This document shows positions 1-11,229 of a stretch of DNA of 64,000 nucleotides, piece by piece. The stretch spans positions 896,001-960,000 of the forward strand of contig OZ219790.1 in NCBI GenBank assembly GCA_964291215.2. The letters run 5' to 3'. The number at the start of each line of letters is the position of its first letter. Within the stretch, counting starts at the first letter, position 1. The notes under the pieces were generated by a model. That model was not told where the DNA came from. It saw only the letters and a program-made list of their open reading frames with translations, and made no database searches. A program made the position numbers and the translations under genes. Origin of the DNA: Alphaproteobacteria bacterium. GTDB lineage: Bacteria; Pseudomonadota; Alphaproteobacteria; MPNO01; UBA830.

Positions 1-367
1 CGCCCGTCGGCGTGCGCCCGTACTCCCGCTCCGCCCGGTCCGAGATCCTGCAGCAGGCAGGCGAGCCTGGTACGTCATCGGACGGGATGGCGGGCACGAC
101 GGTCGGGGACGCGCCGCGGCGGCGGAAGCTCGAGACCCACGCGCTCGGCGAGCGCCGGCAGCACCTTCGCCGCCGCCGACAGGCACGGACGACCAGGCGC
201 GTTGCGCCAGCCGGTGCGTTCGCAAAGCTCGCGAGCCAGACCGTGACGGGTGGCGTCGGCGGAGCGCAACGCGCCGGCGAACCAGTCAAGTGTCCGTGAA
301 TCGAAATGGCGGAGACCGACCTGCATGCCCGCAGCATGCACGAAACCAATCACCTATATAGGTCTGA
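1..367 (-). mobile_element. 5' part of a DUF4338 (DruA-like)-fused IS4-type transposase element, running off the window edge
   Basis: ORF 75..353 has RHGLARELCERTGWRNAPGRPCLSAAAKVLPALAERVGLELPPPR, typical of the N-terminus of DUF4338/IS4 transposases; it frameshifts afterwards; the boundary is approximate. Confidence 0.55.
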
Positions 368-369
368 TA

Positions 370-1316
370 CTTTGAAAGCCCCTGAGCAGGTCGGCGACGC
401 GGTTGCGCAGCGTGCCGAGCTTCTGGCGCCGCTGCCGGATGCGGTGGTCGCAGCGGCGCCAGTCCGGGACGCGCGCTGCGGGGTCCTGCTCGACAAGGCC
501 GTGCACGGGCGTCGAGGCCGAGCCCCTCGCGCATGTACTTGAAGAAGTTCTCCCGGGACCAGCGCCAGAACAGCGCGCCAGCGACCCGCTCCATGGGCGT
601 GTGCATGTCGGTGGTGACAAGCGGCACCTGCCGGCCGCTGTCCGGAAGACGCCGGATCTGGCGCACCTCCGGCCCGCCGGACAGCGTGATCCGTTTCTCC
701 GCGAGCCGCACCTCGGCGATCCGGAACCTGGACCGTGGAGCGGCCGTGCGGAACTCCCCCTCCGGCCAGGGATCGCCCCCGAACCCCTTGTGCCAGGCGA
801 TTACCGCCATCCCGCGCCGGGCGAGGCGGGCGAACAGCGCCGGGCTCCAGCGGTCGAACACCAGCGTCAGCGCGGCCGCCTCTCCCTTGGCGAGATCCGG
901 CGCGTCCGCGATCCAGCCCCTCGCCAGAGCGTCCTGCCAGTCCCGGACCCGCTGCGGGTCGCTCGCAAGCGCCCTGATCTTGCGCCGCAGCGTCCTGGCC
1001 TCCGGGCAGCGGTCGAGCCCCACGACCGCGCCCCGTTCTCCGGGCGCCTCGTGGCGCAGCGCCTCGGGGTTCCGGCCCATGAACAGGAACGCGAGCATGA
1101 GAAGCACGCTCGTCAGCCCGTAATACCCTTTCGGCAGCCACAGGAACCTGTCCGCGTGCTCCGGAAGACCCTCCTTCAGCAGCGCCGCCAGGACGCCGCC
1201 GCCGGCGACCGCCGAGAGCGGCTGGTCGAAGTACGGCGGCGCTTCGGTCATGGCCCCCGTCGAGGCCGCGACGCGCCCGCCGCTGTCACGCGCGCCACGC
1301 CCCATCGGCGCGACCC
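370..1316 (-). pseudogene. Central/C-terminal part of a large HTH-DDE 'putative transposase', frameshifted
   Basis: Motifs GYYGLTSVLL, PGERGAVVGLDRCPEARTLRRK, LVFDR and FWRWSRENFFKYM; many internal deletions; the N-terminal part lies at 4414-4920. Confidence 0.65.
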
Positions 1317-1544
1317 CACTGTGATCCCACGCTGCTAATCCGGCGACGACTGGCGAGATTTTTACAGTTTGCGTCGCGCTGCAATCGTGCCGCCAAGGCT
1401 CGATGAAGCCTTCTCGGCACGTAACTGCTCACCCCCTAGTTCCGGCTTGATGTCGGGATAGAGTAACGAACGGGTTTTCGTGGAGATTTGACACTGCAGG
1501 CCGATTCGTTTAGTGGTGGTCATCGAGAACGACGGGGACCGCCA

Positions 1545-1735
1545 GTGGGCTACTTTGGATCGAAGGCGACGAGCGGGCTGTGCCAGCTGCTTCCGGGGCT
1601 CCAGCCCCCGCATGATCTGTATGTGGAAACGCATCTCGGAGGCGGTGCGCTGATGAAGCGCAAGACGGAGTACCGGAAGATGCCGCCGGGTGAGCGCCAG
1701 GCGATGCTCGCGGCGAGGCCGGGTGATAGCGACGG
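1545..1735 (+). pseudogene. Internally deleted Dam-like DNA adenine methyltransferase
   Basis: GYFGSKATSGLCQ...ETHLGGGALMKRK is joined directly to C-terminal YRKMPPGERQAMLAA; homologous to the intact gene at 27774-28433. Confidence 0.85.
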
Positions 1736-2628
1736 GCGGCGCGCGAGGAGTTCGAAGCGGCCAGGATCGCGGCGCTGCCGGCAAGGTGGCGGAAGAGGCC
1801 GTGATCCTCGACATCCTCATCGTCGTCCTTCTGGAGAAGACCACGCACGAGCCGGAACTCCGGTCTACCGCCGTCACAGACGGACAAGAGCGTGCCGGGA
1901 GCAACGGCCCGAAGCCGAACCGGCAGATGGGCGACAACCTGCGCAAGACCATCGTCGAGGAAACGGTCGCGGCCTGCGGCGCCGACGGCCCCGTCGAGCG
2001 CCGCACGACATCGTGTTCGAGGTCGCGCCGCGTCGACGCCGAGGAATGCCCGAAGTGCAAGGCCCGGTTCCCCGACAACATCCCGTGCAGTACGGCATCC
2101 AGGCCCTCGTCATCAACCTGCTGGTCGCCCAGATGCTGTCCCTGCGCCGTCGCGCTCGTGCAGGCGATATCAAGCTCTCCGAGGCCTCGGCCATGCTTTC
2201 ACGATGCGTCATGGGAGGAGGCCGCCGTGGCGCACCTCCTGCAACGCCCGATGTCGACGATTTCGGATCAACGGCAAGTGGCTCCATGTCGTCGGGACGT
2301 GCAAGTTCCCGTACCGCAAGCAAGAGATCGGCCCGTGCTGCAAGGGCGTCCTGGGCCTCGTACATGGCAGTGTAGCCACCAGCGGCAGCCACCTGCTGCG
2401 CGAACTGACCTTCGTCGTCGAGACTACCGCGCGACTGATGAAGAGCCTGCTCCCTGCCACAAGGTCAACAAGAGCGCATCCAGGACCCTGAACGACGCCG
2501 TGCGCTACCGCACCATCAGGGCGCCAGGGAACTGCCCGACATCCCGACGAAAGGAAAACGCATCGCAAACGCGCACAACCTGTACAAACGTCTCGTGAAA
2601 CACGAAAACCTGCGCTTCATAGACGACC

Positions 2629-4074
2629 ATCGCGGTAGGGAACCGGGTTACCCCCCGCACAGAACCGGACGTGCGCTGTTCGCTCCTCCCCTGACGACAA
2701 GGCGCTGGTTTGGCCACAGATGCTGGCTCAGTGGGCAGCGGTGAGGGTGTCTGTGTCCCCGGTGAAGTCCTTTTGGGAGCGTCGCCGAAGGGCACGCAGC
2801 TGTTTGTATTGGTGTATGAACTTCTGCAGGCTGCTTCCCGGAACGGCGTAGTAGCAGCCGTTGATAACTCACCACTTGGCCGTTTCGTGCCGGTTATCGT
2901 GCCACCGCTTGCGCAAGGCCTCCTTGATCCGCCGCAGGGTACCCGTTTGCGACCGACCCTGAACCTGCCTTTCCTCGTCTGTTCGCAGAAGTGCGTCATG
3001 CCGAGGAAGTCGAACGTCTTGTCCACGCTTCCGGCGGTTCGCTCTGGCAAACCGACCGAACTCGATGATTTTCCGGGTGCAGTTCAAGTGGGCCAGTCTC
3101 TCCCCAAGGTCTCAGCGTCGCCCAGATGCTGAAAGCCGCACACGAAGTCGTCCGCATAATGATCGTGTCCCGCTTGCGCCAGTGGTTCTGGAACCAGTCG
3201 CACGTAGTGCAGGTTCGCAAGGCAGGGCGCCGCCCCTTGCGGTGTTCCCTTGCCAGTCGGTCCCTTCCATGACGCCGGCGTCACTTGATGATCAGACCCC
3301 CCGATCCGTGAGCATCGCAACCAGATGGTCGCGGTTGTCGAAGGGGCGTCAACGATCCAGTTGACCTTCCGCCGTTCCACCGTGACGGCGCATGATGCGC
3401 CCCGGCCGGAACCGAGGAACTCCGTTTCGCGGCACCAGAATCACACCGCCCGCTGAAGAATCTTGTCCGAGGCAAGTTGCCCCTCCTTGGGAATGTAGAC
3501 CCTGGAGGCGCCCGCCCCTGTGCACACGGGCGTGCAGAAGTTCCACCCCGTACGTTTGCCACACAACGCCCCGCCGCCGCATCCTTCCTCAAGGAATGGA
3601 ACGCAGAACATCACGTGGTGGAGTAGCGCCACAAGACGCTCTTCCGGGTTCCTCTTCGCTACCTGCCGCCTGTGACCCCCGCTTCTGCGCGCGGCGCGGG
3701 CCAACCGCATTGCCCTTCCCTCCAGCAACTCCGCAGAGCCCTTGTTCGCCGCCTTCAGCGGTACTATGGCCGAATCTGACTTCTCGTTCATCATCGGCTT
3801 ACGGATTTTCCTCTGCGGCCCCTCCACGACAGAGGGGCAAGACCTCCCAGGTCCCTGCTTCGGCCATGGTTCTCGGACCCCGCGGAGCCCCCCTCACCAA
3901 CGCGGCTCGTTGCCTTCGGCCACGACCTCGGCACTCCGGTTTCAAAGCATCTCGTGGCTCAATAGCCTGGCCTGCCGCTCCCCAACGCTTCGCCTCACGA
4001 CGCATGGTTCACGGAGAAATTAGCCTCTCTCGGGACTTGCACCCGGCCACATTCCACCAGTTTGCCTGGCACAC
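2629..4074 (-). mobile_element. Group II intron with decayed RT/maturase, inserted antisense in IS66 tnpC
   Basis: 5' end GTGTGCC at 4074; domain V/VI-like 3' end gcacgtccggttctgtgcgggggg...ccctaccgcgAT at 2629; removing it restores tnpC LRFIDDPDVSFTNN. Confidence 0.88.
2690..3790 (-). pseudogene. ltrA: Group II intron reverse transcriptase/maturase, frameshifted
   Basis: Fragments GTPQGA, YADDFVCGFQ, LELHPE, IEFGRFA and TFDFLGMTHFC lie in different frames. Confidence 0.85.
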
Positions 4075-4413
4075 CCGACGTCAGCTTCACCAACAATGCC
4101 GGAGAACAGAAAATCAGGATGGCAAAGCTCAAGGTGTCCGGATGCTTCCGCTCCACGCAAAAGCATGGTGCCAAGCTACCTCACCTCCATGGCCGCACTC
4201 GGCTACAATCATCACGTCGCAACCCAGATCGCCCTCGACGGAAAAGCCGCAGACATCATCAACGAGCACTACGACCAATCAGAACCCAACTAGGGGTGAG
4301 TAGATACCTCGGCACAAAAATTGCGATCGAGGAGGCGATCTGTGATGACGCGAGCCCCAACGCATTCGGATTTCGCGTCTCCGAATTAGCACAGGATCAC
4401 CGTGGCGCGACCC

Positions 4414-5064
4414 TGTCGCGACGGTCCCGCTCGCCGCGGCCGAGAAGATCGTCCGGGCATCTCGTGGCCTTGTCGACTTTCGTCGCCTCCGGCTACGGCC
4501 GCTCTCCGGCGCCGACAAACCCGTTGCTGAGGTTGTAGTACACCGTCGATCTCGCGATCCCCAGTTCCCGGGCCAGTGCCGCGGCGCTCATGCCCTCGGC
4601 CAGGAGACGGTTCGCCGCGTCCGCCGTCTCGCCGGTGAACACGCTGATACCGCGGCCCCTGCGCGGCTCGTGGAAGCTCGCTTCGCCCTGTCCCGGAGCT
4701 TCTTCACCGCCCGCTGCACGGTCGCGCGGCTCACGCCGTCTGCAGGTCTCTTTGAGGAACGCGGTGCCTGGCGATCCGCAGCAGCATCGCCGGCCGGTCG
4801 CCCTCGTCGTGGCAGGGCTCCATGTTCGAGAAGTAGACGGTCTGTCCGTCGACATCGGCAAGGGAGAAGCACGAGGTTCCGATGGCTTCAGGAAGGTGCA
4901 TCGCGAGCGTGTTTATGGCCGGGAGTATCCAATTACAGGCATCATGGTATATCGGGCCATCAGGCGGCTATGTTGCCAAGCAAGAACCGGGAAAATCGTT
5001 CATTGTGTTGGAAAAGGGGGGGGCCGGACTGATCAAGTCAACATCACGAGGTCAGGATGTCTGA
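4414..5064 (-). pseudogene. N-terminal HTH part and probable left end of the large transposase element split by the MITE/IS66/intron nest
   Basis: VSRATVQRAVKKLR and AAALARELGIARSTVY HTH-like segments; candidate terminus tcagacatcctgacc at 5064. Confidence 0.55.
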
Positions 5065-5260
5065 GATTCCGGATCGTGGGCGTCGGCCACAGGAACTACC
5101 GGGAATGGTGGACGAGCTTGGGGTCGTGCGGCTCGACAAGAACCTCGTGCCCCATCGTCATGTTTGCCGGGACCTGCGCCAGCTCAACCGGTGTGTCGAT
5201 CAGGAAACGCCGATCCGGCCGGTCGGGGAGCGACTCGATGTCCATGCCCGATTCCCGTTC

Positions 5261-6499
5261 TCAGCCGATATTGATTCCGTCCGAGGTCACCGACCCGCCC
5301 AGCGCCCAGAAACCCCAGGTCTGTAAATGGGTCTTGCGGGCCTGCATCTGCAGCCCGATTGCGCGGATGTCCCGAAACCGCCGCTCGAACGGACTCGAGG
5401 CCATGACCGCGCTGGTCCCGGCGGTATCAAAAAGCGGATCGACGGCGGTCTTCGCCTCATGGATCGCATGCGTACCAGCAAGCCGGATCGTCATCAGCGC
5501 GTCCAATGACATGCGACCCTCCGCGGCGAGATCGGCGGCTCCCGCCTCCGCCGCCTCGACAAGAAAGGCACGGGCGCCGCGAATTCTCGCGCCGGCACGG
5601 GCGACCTCTTCGTGGACCGCCGGATTCTCGTTGAGCGTCAACCGGGCGCCACGCGGACGCTTGTCCTGCGCCAGCGCAACGAACGCATCGAACAATGCGC
5701 GGGCGATGCCAAGCGCGGCAGCGGCGAAGCCAATTGCATAGGCAGACATCAGCGGCATGCCGTGCAGCGAAGAGAGGACAGGCCTGTCATCGAGCATCGT
5801 GGCGCGGACGATAGTCCGCTCATCGGGTACGAACAGGTCGTCGCAGGCAAACCCATCGCTACCGGTGCCGCGGAGACCAACAGCGTCCCACTTGTCCGAC
5901 AGCTCGATCGACTCCGCCGGAATCAGAACCGTGCGATTCTCCGGCTCCCCGCTGACACCGAGCCTGGGCGTACCGTCGCGCTCGAACACGTTGCAATGGG
6001 CCGCAAGCCAGGTCGCGTGGTGGCTACCGCTCGCGAATCCAGTGCGAGCTGTGACGCTGTAGCCGCCCACGACCTCGCGCGCTTCCGCCTTGCCAGGCCC
6101 CCAGGCGAGCACGCCGGCCGGATCTCGTCCCCAAATCTCCTGCGCCAAAACAGGCTCCAAGAAACCGGCAAGCGAGGCGCATCCGTTCCCTTGGGCGACG
6201 CACCAGGCGGCGCTGCCGTCATGCCTGGCAATCGCCTCGATTACAGAAAGAAAGACCGGCAGAGTTATCTCTGCGCCACCATAGACCGCAGGTAGAAGAA
6301 GCCGAAACAGCGCCTGCTTGTGAAGCGCTGCCATCGCCTCGACGGTCAACCGGCGCCGCCGGTCGGCCTGCGGTGCGAGGGACTCGACGATCGGTCCGGC
6401 TTCCGCCACTCGAGCGAGCCAAGCGTCGACATCGAGCGTGGTCAGATCATGGCCGGGAGCGTCCATCAGAGCGCCTCTCGCTGCTTCGTTGTCGTCCAA
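5261..6499 (-). CDS. Acyl-CoA-dehydrogenase-fold flavin-dependent monooxygenase (group D, HsaA-like)
   Basis: Intact 412-aa ORF; GFASGSHHATW, WDAVGLRGTGS, FERRFRD motifs. Confidence 0.85.
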   Translation of the reverse strand: MDDNEAARGALMDAPGHDLTTLDVDAWLARVAEAGPIVESLAPQADRRRRLTVEAMAALHKQALFRLLLPAVYGGAEITLPVFLSVIEAIARHDGSAAWCVAQGNGCASLAGFLEPVLAQEIWGRDPAGVLAWGPGKAEAREVVGGYSVTARTGFASGSHHATWLAAHCNVFERDGTPRLGVSGEPENRTVLIPAESIELSDKWDAVGLRGTGSDGFACDDLFVPDERTIVRATMLDDRPVLSSLHGMPLMSAYAIGFAAAALGIARALFDAFVALAQDKRPRGARLTLNENPAVHEEVARAGARIRGARAFLVEAAEAGAADLAAEGRMSLDALMTIRLAGTHAIHEAKTAVDPLFDTAGTSAVMASSPFERRFRDIRAIGLQMQARKTHLQTWGFWALGGSVTSDGINIG

Positions 6500-6918
6500 T
6501 TATGCGGACATCGTCTCAAGCTGTCACCAAATAATCGAATCCATGTTGTTTGCGTTGGCGTTTTGTCTGTCCGGTGATTTTGGTTGAGCGCTTGCCGACG
6601 GGTCAGTCTGCCGGCTTCAGTTGGTTGGTGTTGGGGTCTTTCGGGGATGATTTGTCGGTCAGTTTGGTTGCCGGCTGATTCTCCGGCGCTGGTTGGGGCG
6701 TTTATATTCGGTGCATGGAACAGGCAAAGAGCATAAGGCACCGGTTTGCAGTCCTTTCTCCTCATCTTGACGAGAAGGGTCGCCAGTTGCTCGCGGCGGT
6801 TGAGGCGCAATGTCTTGGGCGCGGCGGAATAACGCAGGTCTCGGATCTCACGGAGTTGCGCGGTCGACGATTGGACGGGGTCTGAAGGAGATTGACGGAA
6901 CGTATCTACTCACCCCTA

Positions 6919-8140
6919 GTAGTCTAACATTATTGTATTGATGGATATAGTGACTTCAGTTTCGTCCGGGCATCCTTCGTCGTGAAACGCCAGTCGACAG
7001 TGACATCGGCCGCATTGCGGCGCTCGACCCACGCCACGGTCTCCCGCAGCATGGTGTCGCGGTCGGGAATGCGTCGCCGAAGGCATTGCCGCGACAGCGC
7101 ACCGATCTCGGCCATGTTGAGCCAGCTTCCGTGCTTCGGCGTATAGCGAAACTCGAACCGCTTTCGTACCCGCCTCCTCGGGCTCGAAGGCTTCATACAG
7201 TGACTGTGCGTGTTCAGATTGTCCAGCACGATCTTTCTGTCGGGGAAATGGTCGTCGGCAAGCTCTTGGATGAAGTGCGCCCAGTCCCGCGGCGGTCGGT
7301 GACTTTCACCGTGCGCCAGTTCTCGTTGGGCGCAAAGGCCATGAAGAGGTTGGCCGTGCCGTTGCGCTCATATTCATAGTCGACCACCTCCGGCTGACCG
7401 GGGGATACGGGTTTCCTGCTGCCGGCTGGTCTCCAGCACCTCGTCCTTGGCAAAGTCCCGCTGATAAATGTCAAGCACATCCTCCATCGCCGCCACGAAC
7501 TGTGCGCTCCGGTGCGGTGGAATGCACCAGTTCAGCCACGGCTTGATCTCCTTTTTTTTAGCGTCTTCCTGACCGTCTCTTCTGAAATGCGCTCGACAAT
7601 CTCCATCTCCACCAGACGGCCGGCGAGCAGCTTCAGCGTCCACAGCCCTCGGGCGGGGACGAACAGGGCGATCAGCTTCGCCTCCATCGCCCCCGTTTTG
7701 GCCGGCGGTTCACCTGCCCCTTGCGGCTGAGGGCGGCGTCCAGCCCCTTCAGGACGCAGCACTTGCGCAAGCGCTCAATCGTCGCCGTGCCGATGCCCAG
7801 CCCTATGTCGGCATCGACAAGCGCCCCCTCAGCATCAGGACCTGTGCCCGGCGCCAGGCGGCCCCGGTGCCGTCGACGATCGCCTTCAAATCCTGGCGCT
7901 CCTGCGTTGAAAGGGTCACGCGGTAGAGCTTCCTGCCCCGAGAGTTGGCCATATGCGCCGCTCCTGTCATTGCGCCGAAGACCTGCGGGCATGCCCGTTG
8001 TCCGGACCTGCACATGGGGCTGCGGCTGCCTGCCTGTTCGGCATCTGCCCGTGTGGATATCGGTACTGTCCGGATTCCAACGAACGCCGACACGAAAATA
8101 CTACCCACAAAAAACCATCAATACAATGCCGGTGGATTAC
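6919..8140 (-). mobile_element. IS630-family element copy 1, degraded
   Basis: TA duplication in CTAG; ends gtagtc...gattac; DYEYERNGTANLF, LDNLNTH, YTPKHGSWLNMAEI. Confidence 0.9.
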
Positions 8141-8301
8141 TAGTTGGGTTCTGATTGGTCGTAGTGCTCGTTGATGATGTCTGCGGCTTTTCCGTCGAGG
8201 GCGATCTGGGTTGCGACGTGATGATTGTAGCCAAGTGCGGCCATGGAGGTGAGGTAGCTTGAGCCCCGGCACCATGCTTTTGCGTGGAGCATGGTGCGGA
8301 A

Positions 8302-9553
8302 GGATTACGCAACCTGATGTCTGGAAATTGTCGTGAAGCTCTCAGTCATCGAGCTGTTCCCATTTGATCTTGGTTTCGGTTTCCCATTTTTCGTCGATGA
8401 GGACCGCGGTTGAGAGGCGCTCCAACGAGGCGAGGTTCGGAAAGACCCTGACTTTGGAGGTGCGCCGCTTGAGCTCTTGCTGGATCGGTCGCTCGATGCC
8501 GTTCGAGGTTCGCATGCGCTTGTGGTGAGCATCGGGCAAGGTGAAGACAGCGAGCCCCGCATTGTTTTCCAGCCAGGAAGCCTGGATGCTTGTCGCGATA
8601 GCTGGCCACGAGGGTGCCCGGTTCAGCCTCGGCGGTTTGGAGTGAGGACGCATGGCTCCGAGCTGTTTTCCGATACGTTTCCTGATGCCGTTGTTCGGTG
8701 CACGGCGTTTTGTGCCAGGTGGAACTGGCAGCGCTGCCATGTCGCCGCGCCCAGCACCGCGCGTCGTGCCGCTTTCAGCCCGGCATGGTCATCCGAGACG
8801 ATGAAGGTCGTACCATGCAGGGCTAGCAAGCTTTCCAGGAAGGCTCTCCAATGGACCTCGGCCTCGGAGAGCGCCACAGAGAGCCCCAGAACGTGCCTGC
8901 AGCCCCTATTCCGATGGCCGAGAGTACCGCGACATCGCGCACAACGCCGTCATGGCGGGCTTTTTCATAGCGCGCATCCAGGTATTTCATCAGGGGCCGG
9001 TTGCGCGGCGAGTTCTTCATCGAGCAACCTGGTGGCCCGGCTGACCTGAGAAGAGGACAGGCTCCCGAACTCGCGCATTACATCCTGCCGCGTGGAAACA
9101 CCCTTGATGTACATCTCGGCTACAACCAGCATGACGGCGCGAGAAGATCGCTGGCCGCGTTCAAGCGACTGGGGGGTCGTCCCCGTGACCGGCCGTCTTT
9201 GGTACCTGAACGGTAACAGTGGGGGTGTCGATCCGCTTGTAGCCGTTGGCATAGCCCTGTCGTTCCGGTGTCCGGTGGCCCGCTTTCAAGTGCTGCTCGC
9301 GCTCGATTTGCATCGCAAGCTCGAAGAGCTGGCCAAAGACCCGCCCCAGATCCGTTGCTCCGTTTGCGATCAGATGTTCCAAAACGGCCTCAATCGTCGT
9401 AGTGTGTCGCAGGTCCAGTCGCTTCCTCCATGAAGGTTTACAGCTCCATGGGATAGCACGATGGCGCCGCGTTTCACTGGGGGGCTAGCCCCCCAGTGAA
9501 ACGCCTCAAAGCGCAAACCTCAGACAAATTTCCAGACATCAAGTTACAGTACC
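8302..9553 (-). mobile_element. IS256-family element, degraded
   Basis: ~24-bp IRs containing tgatgtctggaaatt; motifs ANGYK, EMYIKGVSTR, YLDARYEK, VSDDHAGL, WQRCQFH, RTSNGIER. Confidence 0.88.
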
Positions 9554-10950
9554 TTCAGGGTCTTGGATGCGCTCTTGTTGATCTTGTGGCAGACCTCACG
9601 GAGCAGGCTCTTCATCAGTCGCGCGGTAGCCTCGACGACAAAGGTCAGTTCGCGCAGCAGGTGGCTGCCGCACAGCTGGTGGCTACACTGGCCCATGTAC
9701 GAGGCCCAGGACGCCCTTGTAGCACGGGCCGATCTCTTGCCCGCGCTTGCGGTGCGGGAACTTGCACGTCAGGGTCCCACGACATGGAGCCACTTACTGT
9801 TGATCCGAAATCGTCGACATCGGGCGTTGCAGGAGGTGCGCCACGGCGGCCTCCTCCCATGACGCATCGTGAAAGCATAGCCGAGGCCTCGGAGAGCTTG
9901 ATGCCGGAGATCGCCTGCACGAACGCGACGGCACGGCGCAGGGACAGCATCTGGGCGACCAGCAGGTTGATGACGAGGGCTTGGATGCCGTACTGCACGG
10001 GATGTTGTCGGGGAACCGGCCCCGGGCCTTGCACTTCGGGCATTCCTCGGCGTCGACGCAGCGCTCGACGACCTCGAACACGATGTCGTGCGGCGCTTCC
10101 GATCGATGGGGCCGTCGATGTCAGCGCCGCAGGCGTCGCAGGCCGCGACCGTCTCCTCGACGATGGTCTTGCGCAGGTTGTCGCCCATCTGCCGGTTCGG
10201 CTTCGGGCCGTTGCTCCCGGCACGCTCTTGTCCGTCTGTGACGGCGGCAGACCGGAGTTCCGGCTCGTGCGTGGTCTTCTCCAGAAGAACGACGATGAGG
10301 ATGTCGAGCAGGATGACGAGGACGCGGATCACGGGCTCTTTCGCCACCTTGCCGGCCGCACGTAGCGTCGCGGTCTTGGCCGCTTCGAACTCCTCGCGCG
10401 CCGCCCGTCGCCATCACCCGGCCTTGCGCTTCATCAGCGCGCCGCCTCCGAGATGCGTTTCCACATACAGATCATGCGGGGGCTGGAGCCCCGGAAGCAG
10501 CTGGCACAGCCCGCTCGTCGCCTTCGATCCAAAGTAGCCCACTGGCGGTCCCCGTCGTTCTCGATTACCACCACTAAACGAATCGGCCTGCAGTGTCAAA
10601 TCTCCACGAAAACCCGTTCATTACTCTACCCCGACATCAAGCCGGAACCAGGGGGTGAGCAGTTACGACGGAACAACATCGCCGCCGGGTCCGGCGCGTG
10701 GGCGGCAGTTGCGCCGGCGACGCGGAACGGTCTTTGCTGTGGGTTTCGAAGAGCACCCGGCATCTTGCGAAGTGTCTTGAGGAGCAGAGCTATTCGGCGT
10801 CGCACTCGCTTGTCGGGCGGCTTCTGGGCGAGCTTGGCTATACGCTGCAGGCCAACGCGAAGACCCGCGAAGGCGGCGTACACCCTGCCCGGGACGGGCA
10901 GTTCGGCCATATAAACGGGCAGGTTGCGGAGTTTCTTGCGGCCGGGGAGC

Positions 10951-10985
10951 GTAAGCGTTCGTTCGCACGGTGAGGTGTTGTTGCT
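10951..10985 (+). repeat. Isolated IS66-type terminus (GTAAGCG...), paralog at 62275
   Basis: gtaagcgttcgttcgcacggtgaggtgttgt versus gtaagcgttcgttcgtacggtgatgtgttgt. Confidence 0.6.
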
Positions 10986-11078
10986 CATACCACCGAACCA
11001 ACCCATATAGTGCTTCGAGGATCAGGATAGGCGATATGTTGTGCGATGTATACTCTTTACGCGTTGATCTTCTATTAA

Positions 11079-11227
11079 ATGGAGCGGTTCTTCGACAAGA
11101 TCAAGTAGTTCCGACGGGTCGCCACCCGTGATAACAAGACCGCACGGAACTTCCTCTCCGCCGTGCAGCTGGCCGCCAGCCGATTCTTGCTCCGCAGAAT
11201 CGCGAACCAATTATTTGAGCCCACAGC
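11079..11227 (+). pseudogene. 3' fragment and right end of an IS5-family element
   Basis: Near-duplicate of 13300-13448 (the RRVATRYDK region and tttgagcccacagc end). Confidence 0.8.
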
Positions 11228-11229
11228 TA

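Larger units (their letters stand above)
1421..4307 (+). mobile_element. IS66-family element (single tnpC, ISBst12-like) with MTase passenger, copy A1, degraded
   Basis: IRs gtaactgctcacccc and ggggtgagtagatac; 8-bp TSD ctcggcac at 1413-1420 and 4308-4315; tnpC motifs CPKCK, QYG, HLLREL, FTNNxGE, KVSGCFRS. Confidence 0.88.
1317..4404. mobile_element. ~195-bp MITE (copy 1), interrupted by the IS66-MTase element
   Basis: Imperfect terminal IRs cactgtgatccc...gctaatccgg and ccgaattagc...ggatcaccgtg; perfect 9-bp TSD gcgcgaccc at 1308-1316 and 4405-4413; paralog at 15155-17194. Confidence 0.75.
6902..10666 (-). mobile_element. IS66-MTase element copy A2, degraded, interrupted by IS630 and IS256
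   Basis: IRs gtatctactcacccc at 6902 and ggggtgagcagttac ending at 10666; 8-bp TSD gacggaac at 6894-6901 and 10667-10674; closely similar to copy A1; MTase stub at about 10414-10542. Confidence 0.88.
6715..10950 (+). pseudogene. ISAzo13-family transposase split by IS66-MTase copy A2 (pieces 6715-6901 and 10667-10950)
   Basis: HLDEKGRQLLAAVEAQCLGRGGI...ARSTIGRGLKEI, then WVSKSTRHLA...LGYTLQANAKTREG..HPARDGQFGHIN. Confidence 0.8.

Noticed and set aside
75-353. Druantia anti-phage system
   Set aside because: Only a DUF4338-like transposase-associated fragment is present; no DruE-type helicase or other dru genes are seen
1488-2375. Apparent 295-aa MTase-transposase fusion ORF
   Set aside because: It results from deletions: only the first ~75 aa are MTase-derived and the rest is mostly out-of-frame tnpC; in copy B the two genes are separate
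2690-3790. RT as a retron, DGR or defence RT
   Set aside because: It has group II intron boundaries and a domain V/VI-like 3' end, and excision precisely restores the host frame
7545-7562. Programmed -1 frameshift at the A-run of the IS630 copies as evidence of activity
   Set aside because: The slippery run is a known IS630 feature, but numerous other frameshifts make all three copies non-coding
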